Of a DNA stretch of 64,000 nt, positions 59,786 through 64,000 are shown piece by piece (within the stretch, counting starts at the first letter, position 1; each line of letters begins with the position of its first letter). Source of the stretch: Fistulifera solaris. Lineage: Eukaryota. The stretch spans positions 1,240,001 through 1,304,000 of the forward strand of contig AP026125.1 of NCBI GenBank assembly GCA_030295235.1. The letters run 5' to 3'. The notes beneath the pieces are model-generated. The model made no database searches and was not told the origin of the DNA. It saw only the letters and a list, made by a program, of their open reading frames with translations. The translations under genes were made by a program, and so were the position numbers.

Positions 59786-61699
59786 TTAAGCAATGGAGCC
59801 TCTTCTTTCGTGGGTCGCTGTAAGTCTTCTTACCATTTCAGACGCTTGTTCGACAGCATAAGCATTAGTGCGGTCTACTTGAACGGCGTCGTACATAAGT
59901 TTTCCGGCAACTGCAGTGTTGCTGGTACAATAAGCTTGCGCGACAAGAAGGTTGCTTTCCATGCGAACGAGTTTGTCTTCAGAATTTCGCACGCCGCCCT
60001 GGCGGCGACGCTCATCTATGGCATAGAAGGCTTCGTCGATTAGTTTCAACGAGTCGTCACAATGACCTAAGTTGAAAAGAACCATTGCATACACGAAGGA
60101 AGTGCTGGGGCTCTCCACATAAGGGTCCGCAATAGGTCGCAAAACTTGTTCTGCTTCTTCATATCGTTTCTTCAGAGACAACTCATAACCGCAATTGTAG
60201 CGCGTGTGATGACTCCTCGAATTGATTTCGAAAGCTGACCTCCATAAGTTTAATGAATGGCTCCAAGCAACATTTCGTTCATGAACCTTCGCGGCGAACA
60301 GAAATAGCTGGAACATCAATAATATATAGCCAGGCAGTGTTAATCTTGTGCCCGGTAACGTGTAGGCGCGCGATTGAAGCCGACCTTCATTAGCCACTTC
60401 GTGGTAAATGAGTTGAATCAAGAGCGTCTCCATGATACAAACACCCATCAGAGGCAGATATATTACTCGATCTGCCTTCATCAATCCCACCACAACTAGG
60501 AGGTTCGACGAAAGCAGAAATGGACTCGCAACAAACGCGAAAAATGCAACCAGGAACACACAGCGTGCATGCTGAGTCCTTCTTGTAACGGTCAACGGTA
60601 GCCCGGTCGCCACAGAAAGAAGGCAGCCCAAAACAAAGACCCAGAGAGCCACGACAAGCGGGACTCTGGGATCCCAAATGTTATCAATCAAATCAATGCT
60701 TTTACCCGACCAGTCCGGACAAAGAGAGCTAGGATAGACAGCATCCCAGAGATACAAGCAGTATACCCAGCAAATAGAAAAGACTCTTGTGAATCGATCT
60801 TCTGAGAATCCTGCTGGGTTCTGATCAAAAATGAAGTCTGGACTGCTTTCGCCGTTGAGCCAGTACCGAAGTGCTACCACAAGCAGAGTTTGAAACGCAA
60901 AAATAGCCGTTCTTCGTGTGAAATTCAGCGCACTCTGATCTCTCCGTTGAAGTTTTGATAAGAATAATCGTAGCGACGAATGTTGAACAAGGAAATCCCA
61001 AATGGTAATCGTAATCAAAGCTGTTGCCCCTTGTTCTTTACAGAAAAGAGATACCGTCATACAAAACCATGGAAGAGTGTAAACGAAGAGTAACGTCTTC
61101 CAACGACTTTGATTTGGTTTTTTGTCGGGATGAAAGTCCGAAAATGATAAAAAGGCCAACAAGAAGAATAGGGACATGAGGAGCTCCCCTCGACTAGTGA
61201 TGTTGCTGACTGCTTCAGCATGCACTGGATGCAATGCGAAAAGTAAGCCCGTCAAAAGCTGAGCCAAAGTGTTCGCTTCCGATTCGTGAAAGTCGAACAC
61301 CATTGCCGCTGATTCGGTGACCAAACCGGTGACAATTCCGTGGAGACCAACATTGACTACATGGAAGCCCAAAGTGTGTGTATCTGTTCCGTTCGTACCC
61401 AAATGCTCCGACAAAAGCCAGTTGAGCCGAAATGTGAGTGTAGTGATCGGTCGAAAACTTTTGTGTGATTGTGGAGTCGCCATAGGCGTTCCCCAAAAGT
61501 CTCGTGTGGCTACTTCCGTCCACGGAACGGCGCCCGTCACCACCGGATTACTTTTCAAAGAACCGGCATCATCGTAGACGAGGCTCCCGTGAAGCGCTTC
61601 GTGATCCCAGTACGCTAAAACACTTATGATGCATGCCCATATGCTAGGACGAAAGATCCATTTACGAAGAAATGAACGCTTTGTATTTGAACTGGCCAT
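59786..61699 (-). CDS. TMTC: TMTC-family protein O-mannosyltransferase (DUF1736 + TPR)
   Basis: VYDD, DFWG.PM....SHKSFRP.T.LTFRLN, LFALHPVHAEAVS.I..R.ELL, KEQG, ADRVIYLP, RN.AW and C-terminal TPR-like helices. Confidence 0.93.
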   Translation of the reverse strand: MASSNTKRSFLRKWIFRPSIWACIISVLAYWDHEALHGSLVYDDAGSLKSNPVVTGAVPWTEVATRDFWGTPMATPQSHKSFRPITTLTFRLNWLLSEHLGTNGTDTHTLGFHVVNVGLHGIVTGLVTESAAMVFDFHESEANTLAQLLTGLLFALHPVHAEAVSNITSRGELLMSLFFLLAFLSFSDFHPDKKPNQSRWKTLLFVYTLPWFCMTVSLFCKEQGATALITITIWDFLVQHSSLRLFLSKLQRRDQSALNFTRRTAIFAFQTLLVVALRYWLNGESSPDFIFDQNPAGFSEDRFTRVFSICWVYCLYLWDAVYPSSLCPDWSGKSIDLIDNIWDPRVPLVVALWVFVLGCLLSVATGLPLTVTRRTQHARCVFLVAFFAFVASPFLLSSNLLVVVGLMKADRVIYLPLMGVCIMETLLIQLIYHEVANEGRLQSRAYTLPGTRLTLPGYILLMFQLFLFAAKVHERNVAWSHSLNLWRSAFEINSRSHHTRYNCGYELSLKKRYEEAEQVLRPIADPYVESPSTSFVYAMVLFNLGHCDDSLKLIDEAFYAIDERRRQGGVRNSEDKLVRMESNLLVAQAYCTSNTAVAGKLMYDAVQVDRTNAYAVEQASEMVRRLTATHERRGSIA

Positions 61700-62374
61700 T
61701 TTGCCTTTTTTTTTTAATGAATGTCGAGGTTGAGGTGTCTGCGAATGAATGAACGTATCAAATCTGTCATTGCTGATCGCACCGTCACTCAGTCTGGTTC
61801 AGTTCACCATTCATGACTGAAATCAGTCTTTCAAGACAACACTGGAAAAAAAACAACCTAGGCGGCCTTCCGGCATCATAACGTAAGCAACGCACTGCAA
61901 AATCATATGTAAGCTAATGCAATGGAAGAATGACAAAGTAAACACATCCACCTTGCAGAATGAAAGAAGGTTAGATGGCAGTCTGCGATTCAAAGGAATA
62001 TTAATTCATGACTTGAAATGTAGTCGTGGAAAGTTGTTTCTACACTCTGTTTCTACAGTATAGGAAATGCCGAAGAGGAGAAACTAAGAGGATTTTCGGC
62101 ATCATGACGTAAGGAGCGCATTGCAAAAACACAAACACAATTCATCCTTGCTAGGACGACAAACATATTTGTTGGTATTGCAACAATTAACAACTAAGGG
62201 ATCAGAAGAAGGTCAAAACAATGTCCGTCGCCTTCCTTTGCTAACATGGAGTGTATTCCTTGGTAAAAGTGCCGCGACTTCTACGCAAGAGCACAAAGTA
62301 CAGTAAATTAACTCAAGCTTACATATTCCGAAACATCTATAAAGTGGTAATGGGATTTCGGGCATCCAACATTG

Positions 62375-63520
62375 TTATAAGTTTTGTCCAGGTTCTTCCG
62401 CAGTCACTTTCTTCATGGAGTAAAAGTCGGGTTCGACGTTAACGTTCTTTGGGCGGAACTTTCGACGGTCCTCGCCTTGTGGAACGCCTACACGTCTCAT
62501 GTGAAGTGCTAGGTTGGGTTTTCCTTTCAAGAACAGTTCATGGTAATAGCCACCAGCATCCGGTCCCGACGTTATACGGAGAAAGCCGTATAAATTTAGT
62601 TGTCTGAAATTAGGGAAATGAAATTTTTGTGAGATGACAGTGAAACAGAATTTAGAGGGGCAAAGCAGCGAAACGGATTCTTACCGAGCGAACGAGTTCC
62701 ATTTGCTTTGCTTGAAGTAAGTGGGCATTATTTCCGTCACAAATCTATCCATATCATGAACACCAAACGCTCTACCGTGCGAGTAGAACGAAACAATCTC
62801 CGACAATCCTTTCTCTTCCACTTCTTTCAACATTCTGTGCAATTTCTCGGGAAAAGGCTCCGACACTCCTCCTCGTGTACGACGCAATGCCGTATCATCG
62901 GGACTCGGACCCTCCATCTCTGCAACGTCGATGTACGGGTCCGTTTTAGTGCGAAGAGATGTACCCAAAGCTTCAAGAGCTTTCTCGCCATTCACAGGGA
63001 GCGGGGCACCCGGTGCGGGTACCTGAGTGCTTGGTACCGTAGAAAGGATGGGCATTTTTAGGGACTGCGTATGCTGGCTCGACATTTCCTTGATCATATG
63101 AAGATATGATTGCTGAAGGAGCAATCGCTTGCTCTCTTCGTTGATCTTTCGTTGCAGAAGCGACGCCTTCGCTAGTTCGAGAAGCTTGCTTCGCTCACTA
63201 GCGGCAGTCGCCGAAGCCATCAAAATTGCTTCAGCGCCCAGGCCCGAAGTTCCCGGGACGAAGGAAGGAGCACATGAAGGAAAGCTCAGGCCTAGACTTT
63301 GTGCGACGAGAGCATTGTTACGGGACGGAAGAAAGGATGCATCGAAAGCAGCAGGCGGGGTAGTACCCCGTCCGGTATTGAGCTGCTGCAGCGATGAAGC
63401 AAATGATCGAACATCGACACCATTGGTGCGATTTCCCATGCCCAAATCCAATAGCACATCGCTCAAAGAGGACTGCAAAGAGTTTCGAAGAGCATCGCGG
63501 TTTTTATTTGGAATAGACAT
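62375..63520 (-). CDS. HSF: Heat shock transcription factor (C-terminal HSF DNA-binding domain)
   Basis: PFPEKLHRML, IVSF..HGRAF.VH, YFKQSKWNSFAR|QLNLYGF.R, YYHELFLKG. Intron 62604-62684; stop codon at 62375-62377. Confidence 0.93.
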
Positions 63521-63786
63521 ACTGTTGGTATCGTACGAAATCAACCAGATGAAAAGAAGTGCAACAAGCAAGCTGCCACCTGACGGTGCGTTTTTTTTGT
63601 AAGAAGAGGCGCAGCACGCTGATGCGCTTCTTATCTCATAGATCGTTCGTGGTCTTTACGGCGCCCAACCAAGGACAAGTCACAAGGATACTTTACTCTT
63701 TACTTTATTGCTCCTTGGCTGTGCTGCCTTTCTTTCGGGCTAAATTCTCTCTCATACTCAATGTTGTACACTTCTATGGAGTGCAA

Positions 63787-63810
63787 CCGGTACCTGGTAC
63801 CAGGTACCGG
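63787..63810. repeat. Perfect 24-bp palindrome
   Basis: ccggtacctggt|accaggtaccgg is its own reverse complement. Confidence 0.95.
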
Positions 63811-64000
63811 AACCGACAAGCGATAAGATTGGGCATTGCCATAGAAGAAGAGTACAAGTTCCTATTCGGACTTCGGACTCGACGAACAACGAACGCCATT
63901 TTGTTCTACTTTTTCGGCAGAAAAAGAAGTTCCGAGCGCCAAGGAAGAGTTCTCATGCAAAGAAGTAGAGAAGCCTTCTCAGCGTTTGGCTTCTTGCTTC

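Overview
Gene-dense eukaryotic nuclear DNA with short GT-AG introns, most likely from a pennate diatom. This is inferred from bipartite signal+ASAF-type plastid presequences, a signal-peptide-bearing ubiquitin E1, a helicase-associated (HA) repeat protein, an HSF and a heterokont-type glucan phosphorylase. About 27 protein-coding genes can be read: GRP94, an RRM protein, TcdA, a papain-family protease, SF3A1, GUN4-like, a plastid NTT, an E1, Beclin/ATG6, an FLVCR-like MFS, a kinase, delta-COP, WDHD1/Ctf4, an RDD protein, a SHAQKYF Myb, PIP5K, an HA-repeat protein, FHA-WDR70, pyroglutamyl peptidase, a GH161-like phosphorylase, a PUB protein, TMTC, HSF and three unknowns. Many genes are broken by 1-bp slips in homopolymer runs, which look like long-read assembly errors. 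The main unexplained non-coding structures are: (i) a ~245/258-bp two-subtype satellite at 34.0-35.6 kb inside ~120-bp direct repeats; (ii) a family of repeats built on the palindrome CCAGAAWTTCTGG, with two copies in inverted orientation around a three-gene block at 52.1-59.7 kb and a related 34-bp minisatellite at 22.7 kb; (iii) a recurrent intergenic TCATGA(C/G)T motif. No CRISPR array, rRNA or intact tRNA was recognised. All family assignments are from motif recognition, not from database searches.
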